A stretch of 64,000 bases of DNA from Octopus sinensis. Its lineage: Eukaryota. Made by a program: the position numbers and the translations under genes. Below the pieces are notes generated by a model. It had not been told where the DNA came from and did not search any database. It worked only from the letters and a program-made list of their open reading frames with translations. Every line of letters starts with the position of its first letter. Position 1 is the first letter of the stretch. The stretch lies in NCBI RefSeq assembly GCF_006345805.1, contig NC_043004.1, forward strand, positions 68,510,001 through 68,574,000, read 5' to 3'. Shown piece after piece: positions 62,468 to 64,000 of this stretch.

Positions 62468-62877
62468 TGTATCAGATGATTATTTTAATGCAGTTAGTAT
62501 AACGGGTTGAATATAGAATATAACTATGGTTTGGGGTTAGGAATGTTGGGCTGGGCATGCGCACTGCTCCTGATACAGAAAGAGTGAATATAAAATATTA
62601 TCCTTTTATGCAGGCTGTCAGATTTAGTCGAAACACTCTGAATATCATATTGGTATACCACAACACCAACAGACAATTTTATACTGAAAGATGTTTTATA
62701 CTAAAAGCTTTTTATGATAGTCTTTGTCTTTTATATTTTCTAAAATAATATTTATATCTATTCTTTATATATCAGGAGCAGTGCGCATGCCCAGCTCAGC
62801 ATCTGTAACCATGAACCATAGTTTTATACTACGTTCAACCCGTCATAGAAACCGCATTAAAATAATCATCTGACACA
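62468..62877. mobile_element. MITE-like element with ~108-bp terminal inverted repeats
   Basis: 62468-62575 is the reverse complement of 62770-62877; TGTRTCAGATGATTATTTTAATGC termini; CTGGGCATGCGCACTGCTCCTGATA block perfect. Confidence 0.85.
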
Positions 62878-63153
62878 AGTATCGAATGGAAGCCCTGCAG
62901 CAAATATAAAAAAATCTTTCTCTACGTTATCTTACATCTTTTATTTGTTTCAGTCATGGGACTGTTGTCATGCTGGGGCACCGCTTCGAAAGATTTACTC
63001 AACCAAATCGACTCCTAATACGTATTTCTGTGTCCGGTGCACATCATATTGATCTCTTTTGGCGAACCAAGTTACAGAGAGATAAACAAATGAACACCGG
63101 TTATCAGGAGACAAACACAAAGAATAAAATGCACACAGATACACATATATATA

Positions 63154-63566
63154 TTTCTTTACTACCCACAAGGGGATAAACATAGAGGGAACAAACAAGG
63201 ACTGACAAATGGATTAAGTCTATTACATCGACCCCAGTGCGTAACTGGTACTTAATTTATCGACCCCGAAAGGATGAAAGGCAAAGTCGACCTCAGCGGA
63301 ATTTGAACTCAGAAAGTAGCGGCAGACGAAATACCTATTTCTTTATTACCCACAAGGGGCTAAACACAGAGGGGACAAACAAGGACAGACATAGGTATTA
63401 AGTCTATTACATCGACCCCAGTGCGTAACTGGTACTTAATTTATCGACCCCGAAAGGATGAAAGGCAAAGTCGACCTCGGCGGAATTTGAACTCAGAAAG
63501 TAGCGGCAGACGAAATACCGCTAATCATTTCGCCCGGCGCGCTAACGTTTCTGCCAGCTCGCCGCC
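63154..63566 (-). mobile_element. Meta-like SINE (family B) dimer ending in a Tx1-like tail
   Basis: Full head, Meta-like domain, tail (63338), partial head, Meta-like domain, tail (63154). Confidence 0.88.
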
Positions 63567-63589
63567 TTATAGAGATACACATATATATT

Positions 63590-63710
63590 ACTGGCTTCCA
63601 TACCATTTCGGCCCACTAAGTTCACTCACAAAGCATTGGTCGACCCAGGGTTAGAGTAAAAATCACGTGCCCAAGACGCCGAGTAGTGCGACGTAACACA
63701 AAACAACATG
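63590..63710 (-). mobile_element. SINE family A head fragment
   Basis: ctcacaaagcattggtcgacccagg..gtgcccaagacgccgagtagtg. Confidence 0.6.
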
Positions 63711-64000
63711 GTTGCAAAGCGAACATTGATTTCGTTTCATTTCTGTTTTTTCTGAGAGTTATTGTGAAAATATTTAAATGTACTTTTCCATTGAAAATTG
63801 TTTTATTATTTTTGTGTAGTTTTGCTCTATAACATTATATATTCTGCTCAGCTTTTCATCTAACGTCTGAAGCCGGAAGAAGATCTGTACCGTTGAACTC
63901 GAAAGATGAGAGGTCAATGAAGATTTCAGGTTCCAGTAATTTTAATGGAGTTCCGTATATTACATTGAGAAATCTTTTTTTCTCCTTTCGAGAAAACATA

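Overview
AT-rich, microsatellite-saturated animal genomic DNA. The SINE set and repeat density are most consistent with an octopod cephalopod (Octopus sp.), which is inference only. No host gene is confidently identifiable, and almost all short ORFs in the track are microsatellite artefacts. The window holds three L1/Tx1-clade LINE copies on the minus strand (two near full length, one 5'-truncated), all bracketed on both sides by (GATA)n. It also holds relics of Penelope-like (PLE), RLE-type, CR1-like and RTE-like retroelements, hAT, Tc1/mariner, pogo and Helitron-like DNA elements, and at least three tRNA-derived SINE families. Most notable observations: (1) about 13 hammerhead-ribozyme (HHR)-like motifs of the minimal PLE type with palindromic helix III, several forming outward-pointing palindromes beside (TA)n; (2) one of these is a tRNA-headed unit with an HHR tail, a candidate PLE-mobilised SINE; (3) an apparently (TATC)n-targeting Tx1 lineage with an ORF1 start codon buried in a structurally conserved hairpin; (4) two SINE-LINE 3'-tail partnerships visible within the window (Meta-like SINE with Tx1, and the abundant SINE A with CR1). 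All alignments and folds were done by eye; coordinates of degenerate relics are approximate.
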